In this document: piece by piece, positions 1 through 13,136 of the stretch | How positions within the stretch are numbered: position 1 is the first letter of the stretch | Layout of the letters: every line of letters begins with the position of its first letter | DNA from: Octopus sinensis | Taxonomy: Eukaryota | Direction: 5' to 3' | DNA length: 64,000 nucleotides | NCBI RefSeq assembly: GCF_006345805.1 | Contig: NW_021835996.1 | Coordinates: 248,001-312,000 of the forward strand | Notes under the pieces: generated by a model | Databases searched by the model: none | What the model was told of the DNA's origin: nothing | The model's input: the letters and a program-made list of their open reading frames with translations, nothing else | Translations under genes and position numbers: made by a program

Positions 1-620
1 AGACTCACGTTGAAGCTCAAAAAATCTTAGGATTCCCTAGACAGAACTTTAATGAGTGAAAGAATAAATGCTATTTCCAAATCACTTTGTTATACAACTT
101 AAATCGGAAAAGAACGTGCTTGGTTACGACAATTGAAAATGCTATATCCAAAACGTCCCACATTTTAGACACCTTATAACAAAGTAACTGGAACTCAAAC
201 GAAGGCTGAAGTAATTCGCCTACAACTTCCAAAAGGATCCCTGTCTATTCAAGAGGCGACAACCGAACTTGCAACTGTTCTGGAAGCAAATCCATCTGCC
301 TCCTTACTAGAGCCTCCTTCTGTAAACTACACATGCATATTGAGACCCTAAAACCAATAAAGACAACTAAAAATGTGTCCCCAGAGTATGACAAGATTCC
401 AATGGCCTGTTTCAAGCTGCTGTCACAGCTTACAAACCTTTTCAATTCCAGCCTACAGAGATAATACGTTCCAAAATCATTGAAGTTCTGATGGTTTGAA
501 AACCTAAAAAACCTAAAGAAGAGGTCTCAAGCTATAGGCCTATAAGCCTAATTTGCTCTACATTAAAAATAAAGGAGAAAATCATTTATAGAAAGCAAGT
601 GTTGCACATAGAAAAGAATC
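1..620 (+). mobile_element. Degenerate non-LTR retrotransposon fragment (pre-RT and early RT region, jockey/I-like)
   Basis: Broken + strand frames give 'KNVSPEYDKIPMACFK' and 'KKPKEEVSSYRPISLICSTLK', typical of APE-type LINE RT N-terminal motifs. Multiple stops. Confidence 0.55.
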
Positions 621-959
621 ATTCTAAAATTAAAACCTTTAGAATCATTATCACAAATGAAAATTATGACACACATAAAAAAAGCTATTAATGCATTAAA
701 AGACAATTTTTTAAATGCTTTACTTCGCGGTATATTTACCGGTTTCCCTTTTTTACTAACAATTTAGATGATGACGATGGCATGAAAATCTGGATTTTCG
801 GATCCAACATTACCATCGAGTTTTCGGGGCACATGGATGTTTTTGACCATCTGATCAAAAAAATGATGAAAATATGTAGTAATTTTAATTTGCAGGTTTT
901 ATATTCAAAATTCAACTTAGATTTTCAGAAAAACATCCAGAACTTGAAATTGTTTTGAA

Positions 960-1520
960 AAAATTCCCATCGAATTTAAGAATTGGTCCCTGCATGTTAA
1001 TAAAGAAAAGACCGAGCACATAAGAATCACAAGGGAATTAAAACATATTGATTAAAACTGAACAAAAAAGAAAATGCACAAAATATGGAGTCGACCAAAG
1101 CTAATCAAAACAAAGTTACGAATAAGGTTATAAAACTTGTATATAATCCCAGTACTTGTGTACATCTCAAGTACATGGGGAGTCGCAAAGTTAAAACTCA
1201 AAAAATGGACACATTTTATCGAAAACTATTACGCGATTTACTCGGCCTAGATTGGCCAAAGAAGATTTCCAACAATAAATTGTACTCTATGACACAATCG
1301 GTTGCAATAAGTACTGAAATTATCGAATCAGAATGGAGGCTATTTGGGCTTAGAATGGACATAAACACCCCCGCAAACATTATAATGGACAATTACTTTG
1401 ACAATGAAAAAAAAACATCGTTCAAAAGAAGACCTAAGGGCACTCTATCTGTTGTTCTGAATGAAAATTCCGTTCATCCCCTTGTAAAAAGATCATAAAT
1501 AGCCCTGCCACAAGACGTAA
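960..1520 (+). mobile_element. RTE-like retrotransposon 3' fragment
   Basis: ORF 1085-1498 has 'LLGLDWPKKISNNKLY...WRLFG-LRM...RRPKGTL', the post-RT C-terminus shared with other RTE-like copies in this window. Confidence 0.6.
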
Positions 1521-2524
1521 ATGACATGTTGACATCTCGCTCAGGTCGGCCACACTTTTTTGTAAAGATTTCGGAATACTACAAACCCTTCAAGCACTAC
1601 ATGACCCGTTGTCGCCCTGTGTTCGTATTAAACTCGCTAATTTGTATTTAAACCATCAATTCACTAGTTTAACAATCGTTAATATGCCATGAAATACGTA
1701 CAAGGCTATTCTGTTCTATAATCTGAAAAAATCTTTGGGAAAATAATGTTATAGAAATATAAGTAACAATTTAATCAGAAATTAATAATTATCTCAATGT
1801 ATCAGGTCGCATAAACATTATTTCGAATTGAAATAATGCGTGATTACCTGAAGTTATATTTTTGCTGAAAATACGATCAAATAATAAAAAAATATCAGCA
1901 TAAAATATTTAAAATGAAATGTAAACTTCCATAATGGAGTTATTCTAATATGGCCTTGCAACGGGGCTGTGAGTATACTGACAGCACAGATCAAGGCAAC
2001 AGCTACCAGATACAATAAAACGTGGCGATTTTAATTATTTATTAAAGATATGATTTAATTAAATATAATAAAGTTATATATAATTAGTCAGATTTTTGAT
2101 ATACCATAACTTTGGAAGATCAACAAAATTAGTTAAAGCCAAGAAGTTGTAGTTAAAATATTTTTTGCGGATATCTGAGATTCTGAGATTAAATAGCAAT
2201 TTTAGTTTGGAATTTTTTGGACTATATTGGTTTGATATAAAATATAGTTCTTGTTTTAGTTTTTGGTTTTTTTTATTCGTTAACAGTACTCTAATTATGA
2301 TACTTGTTTTGTTAGCATGGAATTAGTTTGGAACAAAAAACGTGTTTCCATGCTATTTGAAGTTAATCCCTTAATAGTGACAATATTATAAGACGAATAA
2401 CATTGAAAATATTCAAATTTTGTAAATTTTTGTTAGCTTATCAAGTCACTACGTTAAAGTCTTGGACATATAAAAAAGACAGTTAAAAATTTAACGAAAA
2501 AAAAGAAAGTAAACCCAAAATGAA

Positions 2525-3321
2525 TTAGTATATTCTCTGGGAAGGACCCATAGTGGATTTAATATAGAGAGCGCCCACATTTTGCCACTGCTTCTTTGTA
2601 AGTGATACCAGAAAGTTAGTAGCCATGATAACATTCTCACAAATGTCTTTCTCACTCATACCAACATTGGCAACTGCAGTATTCAATATTTTGACCTTAT
2701 AATAAACAAAAAAACAAACTTTTTTCAACTGAAACTTTATCGAAGCCCTCAGATCATTAACTCGAGAAATAACCGTCTCATTCGGGTTTATGGCAAACAC
2801 CAATCTGCCATACCTCGAAGGAGTAGGACCAAGATGACGAGTCACTGTCCTCATCAAATCTTGAGTGACAATAAATCCAGAATATTTTTTGACTTGAATT
2901 ATTTTTAATTTTAAACCAAATTTTTTTTTCTCTCTAGGATTTTGAGCGAGGAGACTTGTTTGGTTTACGCTCACACCATCAATCCCGAGTTCCTTCGCCT
3001 GTTTAATGTGCTCCTCGTCCCCGATTACACACACTCGTAGCTTTGGCCTTGGAACGTGTCGAAGTCTGAAGGAATGAATACTTTACATTACCTTACAACT
3101 CCTGAGAATCTCTTATCTCTCGTTGTGTCGTATCCTTTGAGCAGGACTTGAAGTTCAATGGTCTCCAGGAAGTTTCGCTTTTTTTCCTCGGACTTTTCAA
3201 GTACCTTGTTTACTTTTGATTTCAAGTTATTCAGATTTATTTTACTAAATTAGTTTAAAAAGGGATAAAATTAATAAATAAGACAATTTTTGCAAATGTC
3301 AAAAAAACAAAACAACCTCAT
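2525..3321 (-). CDS. RPL10A: 60S ribosomal protein L10a (uL1), 5 exons
   Basis: Spliced translation MSKINLNNLK...KKRNFLETIELQVLLKGYDTTRDKRFSG...NFLVSLTKKQWQNVGALYIKSTMGPSQRIY. GT-AG introns 3316-3245 (72 nt), 3091-3066 (26), 2916-2893 (24), 2719-2696 (24). Confidence 0.96.
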
Positions 3322-3499
3322 CAGAAAGTACACGTGTATTATTAAAATTCAAATTATATTTTAATAAATCACACAATTTTATTTAACTAAAATTATCATG
3401 ACATTAATGGATTTATTTTTATACCTTATGATTAACAGACTTGTTGAGGCCGTGACGTCTATTTCTTGCACTATGTTTAAACACAGACATATACAACTG

Positions 3500-5352
3500 G
3501 ATGAACTATCTTTTAGCAGATCAGATCTGGATTAATGCCTTCTGCTGTTTGAAATGCCACGTCTACCATCATTCACCTGGGTGCAGACAAATACGTCGGA
3601 AAACAGCCGCAGAATAAGCACTCTATCAGAATATGTCTTCGCTCTATCGTCTGACGAAAGGAAGCTGTTGATCGAAAACACTAAATACCATCCGCACATT
3701 GAATACCTGACAAGGTACTACTGAGAAACGGTATAAAATATGTCCGAGATATTCTGAAGATATTCTGATGATCCCTAAGAAGATTCACAAACCCGGAGAG
3801 ATTTAAATCGGGTGAGGATAATGCGGCTCCCTTCACCAACAAACTGATAAAGTTCTACGCTGGGATCAGCAACATCCCCCACAGGAAATATGATGGACCA
3901 TGCTTGAAGTCGTTGAAACCTCGAAGATGTCGGGACATGATAATCCTCACTCATGAGGAGGTGTCTCAGACTATCAGAAATTTAAGAAGCACTGGCTCTT
4001 GTGGACCTGACGGAATTCCTACTATTCTGGTGAAAAACCTAGGACAGGTGGCAATATCAGCTCTTTGTCAAATTTACAACTTCTCTATAAACAACAACGC
4101 AATACCCACATTATGGAAAATGGCACACATTCGCCCTATTCTGAAACCAGGGAGACCAAAAGACAACCCGGCGTCCTACAGGCCAATTTCTCTCCTCTGC
4201 GTCTTTTCCAAAGTTCTGGAAAAACTTATACTCGATCACATCAAAGAATATCTACCGGATTTGGATTTTCAACATGGATTTAAATGTGATAAATCAACTA
4301 CCTCGTCACTTTGACGAACTTCATCTCAGATGGACTATCTACCAAACCGTATAACCAAAAAACGGTTATGTGCTCAGTGGATATTCATAAGGCTTTTGAC
4401 TTTGTTCCCATAAAAATACTGACCAGGAAAATATACCTTATTGGAATTCACCCAAGGCTGAAAATGTGGCTAGCTAACCTTCTCAGCGGCCGAAGAGGCA
4501 GGATCCAACAATACAAGATTGATGTCACGATATTTTCCAAACGGAATCCCTCAAGGCTCACCCCTTTCACCAGCTCTTTTTAACTTATTCTTATCGGATC
4601 TCCCGCTACTAAGCGACAAAGACTCAATCGTATTATCATACGCTGACGACATTGTAATTGCTACCCGGAGCCGTGAGGTGAACACGGCAATACAAAACTG
4701 CAGAACTACCTCCACAATCTCGAAAGTTGGCTCTCGATAAATCGACTATCAACGAGTTTTGAAAAATCGGTCACTACGCTTATGACTCCAGCAAGGAGGG
4801 TTGGGAAAATGGTGGTGAACTTATATCTAAACAACATGGAAATCCCCCTTAAAAAAATCCCAGAAAATCCTCGGCGTGACTTACGATAGTCATATGTGTT
4901 TCTCCCAACAAGTTGAAAATATTACTACTAGTTGCATGAAGAAACTGAACATCTTAAAAGTGTTTCTCCGAAAATGCAAACAATGGATCAGCTTCCCCGC
5001 ACGCCAAACAATATACCGCCAATTCATCGAACCCTCCCTTAGTTATGCTTGTGAGGCGTGGGGAGGATTTATCAGTGAAACGAACCGCGTTAAAATCGAA
5101 AAAACTCAAGAAAGTTTTCGAAAAGCACTACAAGGACCGAATGAACTTCTATTCATCGCCCCATTTAAAGAAATCTTGGAAAGAAACCTCGGGGCTACAG
5201 GCCCTAAACTCCACCACCGCTCTCTCACAGAAATTGTGTCGGGACTAGGGAGGAGCACCGGGCAAAGTTGAGGACCCTCCTCAGCGAGGCCGGGATCACC
5301 TGATTAATTAGTTTTATGTTTTGGACGGTGATCTTGGTTCTAATAATAATTA
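3500..5352 (+). mobile_element. Jockey/I-like non-LTR retrotransposon, frameshifted RT, (TAA)n tail
   Basis: ORFs 3904-4740 carry GPDGIP, YRPISLLC, QHGF, DIHKAFD, GIPQGSPLSP and YADD. The 3' end is ...GATCTTGGTTCTAATAATAAT. Confidence 0.88.
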
Positions 5353-6019
5353 TCTTTTCAATTGATGCACTCTCATCTCTTTATTCATTTTCTATAATAA
5401 AGAGAATTCAAATCTACCCAAAGGAAAATCAAATTTTTAATCATTTTTTCTAAAATTATAACGCTTTACTATATGTTTTGGGGCTGTCTTTACCGTCTGG
5501 CCTTATGCTGCCAAGACTTTTATACTTGCACGAACATCAAACGCTCAATAGAATCGGATATGCTGAAAATCGCTCGATAGTTCTCTGAAGTTGGCAGCTG
5601 AAAAAATCTCTAACATATGCTTTGATGACGCTCGATGGACTTGTTGCAAATCATCTCTACACCCTGTTGAGTTGGACTACGTTCGCCACTGGACAGGACC
5701 TTTCCTGCCTTTCTCTCCTCACGCGCCAGCTCCCACGTCCTCATCACCCGAATCCTACGTTAATCTCGCGGATTGGAAGAGGACCGGGTTTTCTCTGGAG
5801 CTTGTGAACTCTGGAAGGGATCCAGATTGGCCATTTCATCTAACATCTTTAATTAAAAAAATGATTTATTGTTTGGATAAATTTGAAACAATTTTTAAAT
5901 TTTTGGGTTTCTACCCAAGGAAGATTGTGTTTAGAATCGTCCTTCAACGTCATCATTTTTGAAACAACGGCATTCCTGAAATTTATTTATTAATAACAAG
6001 ATTATGTCCATGACGCATA

Positions 6020-9000
6020 TAATTGTTCTTGTGGTGTACGGATGGTTGGTTTTTCGCAGTCTGAAAAAGTCATTCCCATTGACGGATCCACAGAAATTTT
6101 AACAAATGGAACTCAAGAAAGTGTGGACCTGACAGTTCATGGTCATCCTGATGCCCTGGGCAATTGTAATTACAATAACGGACCTCCACAGACTCCTTCA
6201 ACTTTGATTCCCATGAAAGCTATTTGTGAGTCAATCGAATCTTCCAACCCTGAAGAATGGATGTCATCTCTATTGATTTGTGTCAAAGACCGTCTTAAAC
6301 GAGTCCCAGAGGAGGTTGACCGCTCATTGCTACTTATTTTAATTCCAAATTTGGAAAAAAGAAATCAGTCTATGAATTAAAAATACTCGCTTCTGTCTTC
6401 TGGAATAAAAGCGAAATTACCAAAAATGAAAATAAAACGAATAATAATTCCCCTGATTTGGCATTTTACAACAAGGTGCATGTGGAATTATTAATTCAAA
6501 TTGATGCAAATAATTCTAAAACAATCGATGCGAGGCAACAGACAAGGAAGATACCGTCTCAATATGTAAATCACGAGTTAATCGAAATAATAAATAAATC
6601 ATTGATCGAATATACAACAAACAACCTACCTACAAGTATTGAAGATATTTCAATGTGTGTATCAACAAATTACAATGAAAGATTCAATTAAAACGAATTG
6701 GAAGCAGAGAATACAAAATAAAATTGAGTCTTTGACTGAAAAAAATATATTAATATCAAAATACTTTATGTCTACTATCAAAGACGAAGAAAAGAAGAAA
6801 GTCTGACATTTTATGTTCTTACAATTACAAAAAATCCAAAAGGGGAGAATTTGAAAGAATCTCGACAACAATCACAGACCAGATCCGAATCCTAAACAAA
6901 AAGGTGTCTATTGCAGATTCAAGACGACAGTACGGAATTATTAATTGGAAGTTTGAGTTGAATCGATGGTCGTTCTACAGAAACCTACATTCTAACTCTG
7001 ATAATGCTCAGATTGTTTGTTTCGACACATCTGATTGTCTCAAATTTTGGATGGACGTCTGGAAGAAAAAGGACAAAAATGAGTTAAGTTTTGGAGTGAA
7101 TAAGAAAGTTACTGGTGCTGAGCACCATGACTCCGACATCAATGACGAGTTTATTTTAAACTTAATTGAATCCCTTCCTAACTGGAGAGCTCCGGGATGT
7201 GATTGTGTATACAATTTTTTCATCAAAAAATTGGATTCTCTCCACAAATTCCTATTTCAAGAAATCAGAAATATTATTAACGGAACTATAGTCACCCGCA
7301 AAGTTGGTTTTATACTGTAATCACTTACCTGATCCCAAAGAAAGCAACCTCTATTGACCCCAAGGACCTCAGACCGATCACATGTATGCCATGTTTGTAC
7401 AAACTGGTTACAAAGTGTGTGAATGAAAAAATTGCAATATATGCCGACACTTACAATTTGATAACTGAGTACCAGCTCGGAACTAAACGACATTGTCAAG
7501 GAGCAAAAGAACTTGCACTTTTAAACATATGCGTCAACAGAGCGATAATAAATTATTTTGTGCATGGATCGACGTCAAGAAAGCGTTTGACTCAGTTAAT
7601 CATGACTTTCTTGTTGAAATCCTCGAAAACTCTTAGCTGCCTAATTGGATAACTAGTTTTATTATGTCAATTATTCCAAACTAGAAAGTCTCTTTGAGAT
7701 TGGGAAAAAAACAGCTGGGAACTGTTAATATAGAACGTGGTATACTCCAAGGCGACTCTCTGTTGCCCCAATTATTTGTACTTGTTTTGAATCCGTTAAG
7801 TAGACTTTTATCTCCAAAATATCCAAATATTTCGATAAATTCTGGTGGCATTAATTCCTTAACCTTTTCTACAAATCACTTCCTTTTCATTGACGACTTG
7901 AAGCTATTGTCCAAAGAAGAGGAGACATTGGCGTGGATGATGGAAGATGTGAACTATTACTTTGAATCATCTGGACTGGAGAGGAATTTCGATAAATCAG
8001 CAACAAATAGTTACCTATTAAGAAATGATGGTAAATTGATAGATGGTCTGGACAGCTACAGATATTTGGGAGTTTTAGAAAACAGATGTAGTAAAGTACT
8101 CAAAGAAGACGTACTCAAAAATATTAAAGAAGAAATGCAAAACCGTATTGAAAAGTTATCGGAAACTAAATTGAACTCAGTCAATTTATTTAAAGCAATC
8201 AATGAACATGCTCTATCACCGTGCAATTATTATATTGGACTCATTGACTTAGAACCCTGTGAACTCGAAGAAATTGATAAATTAGTCAGAAAGATACTTA
8301 TGAATTTAAATGTGCATATGAAACCAGCTTGCAAAGAAAGACTACTTACCGAGGAATATGTTTGGAAGGGGATTGATATCTATCACTTTCAAAGCTGAGA
8401 AAATGTTGCTTGATTTCAAAACAAGTCTGGAAAGGCGAAAATTTACTTCTCTGAGGAGTGCAGGAATTCTGTGGACTGAACAACAAAGAAAGTCACATAT
8501 GGCCACAATCACAGAATTCTTGCGAATAAAATATGAATCAACCCAGCACATTGAACAGACACTAAAGAGTCTGTAGATTGAGCGTCTCTTATCAGCTATT
8601 AAAAAGAAAACTCTCCATTCAAAATTATTTGAATCACTTGATAATGAGACTTTCGATATACAGACATCCTCAAAATGGATTGTAAAAGGAAATATTTCTC
8701 CTAAATCTGAAGCATGTTCTTCTTTCTGCAGGACAGGAATATTTTCTTCCGCGAGCTTGGTTCGAAATGCCCACATTGCAAATCTTCTAATAAGACAGTC
8801 GACCATTTGGCAACTCGATGCAATAAAATTTGTTAAATGCATACACATGCACCTATGCAGAAAATTTGGATTCACAAAATCAAAAAGGTTAAAGACTCAC
8901 TCTATCCAAAGCGTAATTACCAATGATCTTGCTGAATTACGAGTTGACACTACTATCTCTACCGAATCAAAAATTCAATATAACAAGCCGGACATTTTCC

Positions 9001-9600
9001 TATACGACAAAAAATTAAACCACATATGGCTAATAGAGATTGGAGTGACGTGTGTGGATAATTTAAAAGCAGTTGAAGTTGAAAAACTTCATAAATATGA
9101 TATCCTGGCAAGTGAATTAGAAATCATTTACAAAGCCAAAATCAAAATACTTCCGATTGTCATTACCTGGGATGCGATCAGCTCCAAGTATTTTAAAATA
9201 TACATGGATTTGATTGGCATTAAAGACAGTGTTCTGGCATACATCCAAACGATTGCATTAAAGAAGACGTTGGAAGGAATGTTCGTAGAATATAAACATG
9301 GTTTCGAAGACGTAATGACTTCTCAACAAAGATTATGCAGTGTAGAACACTCACCAAAGGGGAGCTAACTCGATGAAAAGGAGACATGATGAGGTGACAG
9401 AAAACGAATACTCTGAGGAAGGACAGAATAATAGCAAGAGGATCACGAAAGATGATAAACTTTCAACAAACTCAGTGAAATGACCCAACTTTGTTAGTTT
9501 TCTTTCACACGGAGGTCTAGACGACGAAGTTCATGGAACTCAAAACCAACAAGCTTACAAAAAGGGTTTGACCCACATTCCTTTTGGGTCGAAACTAACT
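6020..9600 (+). mobile_element. R4/Dong-like RLE non-LTR retrotransposon, near full length but frameshifted
   Basis: APGCDCVYNFFIKK, LRPITCMPCLYKL, KKAFDSVNH, GILQGDSL and FIDDLKL RT motifs. CCHC-like 'CPHC...VDHLATRC' and restriction-like endonuclease 'NKPDIFLYDK...LIEIGVT'. Confidence 0.88.
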
Positions 9601-9879
9601 AATTTGGATACAAGATTAGAGCTTAAATTAAAAAGCAGATTTTTTAAACATAAAAAGCGATAGGCTATGGACAATCCTAATTAAACCCCTAATTGTTGAA
9701 GACGTATTTGATACAGTTCCCTATGCGGCCTTCGGCCGCGGTGTGTTTGATACAGACTTTTAGAAAGCTTAAAGATGTGAGATTTCTAGCAAAAATTCTA
9801 AAAACAATCCTAACCAAAAGCCTAATTGTTTTCTAAATTCATCTTTATTTAAAGATAGTTAGTTAACTAGTGTTAATCT

Positions 9880-10420
9880 GTAATTTTTTTTAATCGGGAG
9901 ATATGTACATTAGCTATTTCTTCACCGTTAAGGCTCTGAATCGTAAACAGATTATCCTAGATTTTAACAACTGTATATGTATTTCTATCCAACTCATCAT
10001 AGTGCGGATACCTTCTTATATTGGCATCATTGTCCTATTTATAATAAATTTTGATAGAGACTTGTTTCAGTAAAACTTTCGATCCAACTATTATAGGGTC
10101 CTCATCGTATCTCCATTTTCGTTTATTTATCATTTTTTCTCCGGCAATAATTATATTCGTGTATGCATGTTCTCGTGCATCAGATATCGCGGAATCGATC
10201 TCATATGCCTTCATTCCTTCAAGATCCAGATCTGATATTGTATTTGGATATTCACAGCCCATAAAAATGTAAAAAGGAATTTGTTTCGTAGTATGCATCG
10301 TGTTGTTATAATCAAAAATTATATCTTTAATAATTTCTACATAGCGTCCAAATAGACCAGATGACGAGCTTGTTGAGGATATCCAACGTTTTACGCTTTG
10401 GTTTAACCTAAATTTTATTT
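9880..10420 (-). mobile_element. Ginger-like (integrase-type) DNA transposon C-terminal fragment with a 27-nt intron
   Basis: Minus frame 'RLNQSVKRWI...FDYNNTMHTTKQIPFYIFMG' resembles an integrase core C-terminus. GT-AG intron 10061-10035 joins LLKQ|DNDAN. Confidence 0.55.
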
Positions 10421-10784
10421 AATAATTGACTCCAGAATTCGATGTCGTCAATCGTTAACTACTTAATCTTAAATCACACTAACAACCAGTTTTATTCTCT
10501 TATTTAAAAAAATGACTAATTCAATGTGCTGAGAAAATGGGAGGTATTGGTCAAAGATGACTCACAAAATTCTGAGATGTTTGACAACGGATAGTTTTTC
10601 GTTGTATATATAGATCAGGACTGACGTTGAACTGTCGTCGGTCGGGAGTGAATAAGGTTACATATGGTTTTGACGGGGAAGGCATCTTGACTCCATAGAA
10701 TGGCATTGTCCTCATATTAGAGCCCGAATTCTGTTATTCTCGGCATTAAAACGTGGAATGGGGTATCTCTGCCAATGAAAGTCT

Positions 10785-11417
10785 ATTATTATTAAAACCA
10801 AGATCAGCGTCCAAAAAATAGAACTAATTAATCAGGTGATCATGGCTTCTCTAAGGAGGGTCCTCATTTTTGCCCGGTGCTGCTCCCTAGTCCCGACACA
10901 GTATCTATGAGGGCGCGGTAGTGGAGTTTTAGGGTTTGTAGGCTCATGCTTCTTTTCCAAGATTTCTTTAAATGAGGCGATGGATAGATGTTCATTTGAT
11001 CTTTGCAGTGCTTTCCGAAATCTTTCTTGAGTTTTTTCGATTTTTTTCATGGTTCGTTTCACTGACCAACCCTCTCCACGCCCCACAATCATAACTAATG
11101 AAGGGTTCGATGTATTGCCGGTAGATTGATTGGCGTGTGGGGAAGCTGATCTATTGCTTGCATTTTCGGAGGAACACTTTTAAGATGTTCAGTTTCTTCA
11201 TGCAGCTGGTAGTAACATTTTCAACGACATATATGACTATCGTAAGTCACGCCGAGGATTTTCTGGGATTTTTTAAAAGGGGATTTCCATGTTGTTTAGA
11301 TATAAGTTCACTACCATTTTCTCAAGCTTCCTTGCTGAAGTCATAAGCGTAGTGACTGATTTTTCAGGACTAGTTGATAGTCGATTTATCGAAAGCCAAC
11401 TTTCGAGATTGTGGAAG
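10785..11417 (-). mobile_element. 3' fragment of the same jockey/I-like LINE family as 3500-5352
   Basis: Reverse complement closely matches about 4710-5350, including 'GATCACCTGATTAATTAG...TAATAATAAT'. It is cut at 11418 by the TA site of a Tigger end. Confidence 0.85.
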
Positions 11418-11419
11418 TA

Positions 11420-13135
11420 CAGTAAAGTCTCTTGAATCCGCCAATTTCGGGAATCGGTAAAATCTGGCGGATTCGAGAATTTGGCGGATTCGAGAGACTT
11501 ATCGATTTTTTAATCCATTAATAATTTAAATTATTAAGCCAAAATAATTAATTAAAAACAAAAAAATCAGTAAGTTTCGACTTGTTTCTTCTTAGAGTTT
11601 GGATCATTGAAGATCCAATGTTTTCAATATACTCAAGATTTTCTATATTAAAGAATTCTTCTTGATTATAGAACTCTTTTAATTTGTTTAAAGCGATAAA
11701 AGCCTCGTTAATGGTAACAACTTTCTGACTTTGTTCACACGGTTCTTCGCTAATTTCTTGTTCTATTTTTTCTGAATTATTTAATTCAAGTTCTTCACTT
11801 TCATTATATTCAATCTCAATATAAAGACTTTCTTCTAACGCAGGGGTGTCAAACATGCGGCCCTCAGCGTACTTTGCCAAACATAAGTGCGGTCTGATTT
11901 AATGGAGCTCAGGAGTACTGTTGATGCACATAATGTAATGAATTTTTCTCAGTATGAAAGACAACTAGAATCGTTGTTAAAGGAATTTCAAGAAAGATTT
12001 AATGATTTTTCGTCTTTTGAACAACAATTTTCATTATTCGCATCACCATTCTCTTTTAATGTTTCCAATGCAGATGAAAGTTTACAAATGGAACTATTGG
12101 AAATCCAATCAGATTCTATACTTAAAGCTAAATATTTGGAGGTTGGAATACCTGCTTTCTTTTCATATCTTCCTGGAAAATTTAAAAACTTTAAAAAGTT
12201 TGCTACAAAAATCATTGCTATGTTTGGTTTGACATATGTGTGTGAACAGCTTTTTTCATTTATGAAAATGACAAAAACTGCTCAAAGAACAAGACTAACT
12301 GATGAACATTTATCCTCTTTAATAAAAGTCGGAACTACACAAATAGCTCAGCCTGACATATCAAAAATTGTATCCAAAAAAAGATGTCAATCCTCTGGAA
12401 GCAGCTCTCACCAAAATTAAAGGGCGATAATTGAATAATTTAGTTTCTCTTATTTTGGTTATTCGTCATAATAAATATCAGAATTAATCTCCCTTAATGA
12501 GAAATTATTATAAATGCGGCCCTCAAAGCGAAATGAGTTTGACACCCCTGTTCTAACGGATCAATAATATCCATTTTTTCCAAAATATTATCATAATTTT
12601 CAATTAAGGGATTTTCATAATTAATATTTTCATTGTTTTGAGTCCATTTTGCATGAATGAAACAATTTAAAATTAAGGAACTTTCTATTTTGTTCCAAGC
12701 ATAATATGTAAATAATATTGAATCTTTTATGCTTAGTTGTTTGTGTGCAACATAGGGGTTTGTCCCAGCTTCAATTTTTTGAATTATATTAGAAAATTTT
12801 AGAGAATTGAATTTACATTTATACGATTTAATTATGCCCTGATCCATGGGCTGTAAAAAAGATGTTGTATTAGGTGGTAGAAATAACATCTCAATTTGTT
12901 TTAATTCAATCAATACCTAATGTAAATTTCATGAAATTCACCTTATGTGCAGGAGATTGATCTACAACAAGCAAAATTTTTCTATCTTGTTTTCGCAATT
13001 CCATTTCCCATTTTAATAGAAATTGATTAAAAATTCTGCTATCCATCCATGATCTCTTTGAATTTGAATATATAACATATTTTTTGATATCGAAATTCTT
13101 GAAACATCTTGGATTTTTAAACAACCCAATTAGTA
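11420..13135 (-). mobile_element. Tigger/pogo DNA transposon (3' half) with a 25-nt intron and a nested hAT
   Basis: TA + CAGTAAAGTCTC terminus. DDE_1 motifs 'KRSWMDSRIF', 'ILLVVDQSPAH' and 'FLPPNTTSFLQPMDQGII'. Intron 12941-12917 joins PAHK|VLIELK. Confidence 0.85.
11841..12550 (+). mobile_element. Internally deleted hAT (Buster/SPIN-like) element
   Basis: TIRs CAGGGGTGTCAAAC / GTTTGACACCCCTG and perfect 8-bp TSD TTCTAACG (11833-40, 12551-58). ORF has the hAT dimerization motif 'MFGLTYVCEQLFSFMK...RTRLTDEHL'. Confidence 0.93.
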
Positions 13136-13136
13136 A

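Noticed and set aside
8342-8875. 177-aa minus-strand ORF
   Set aside because: Antisense to the R4-like element coding region.
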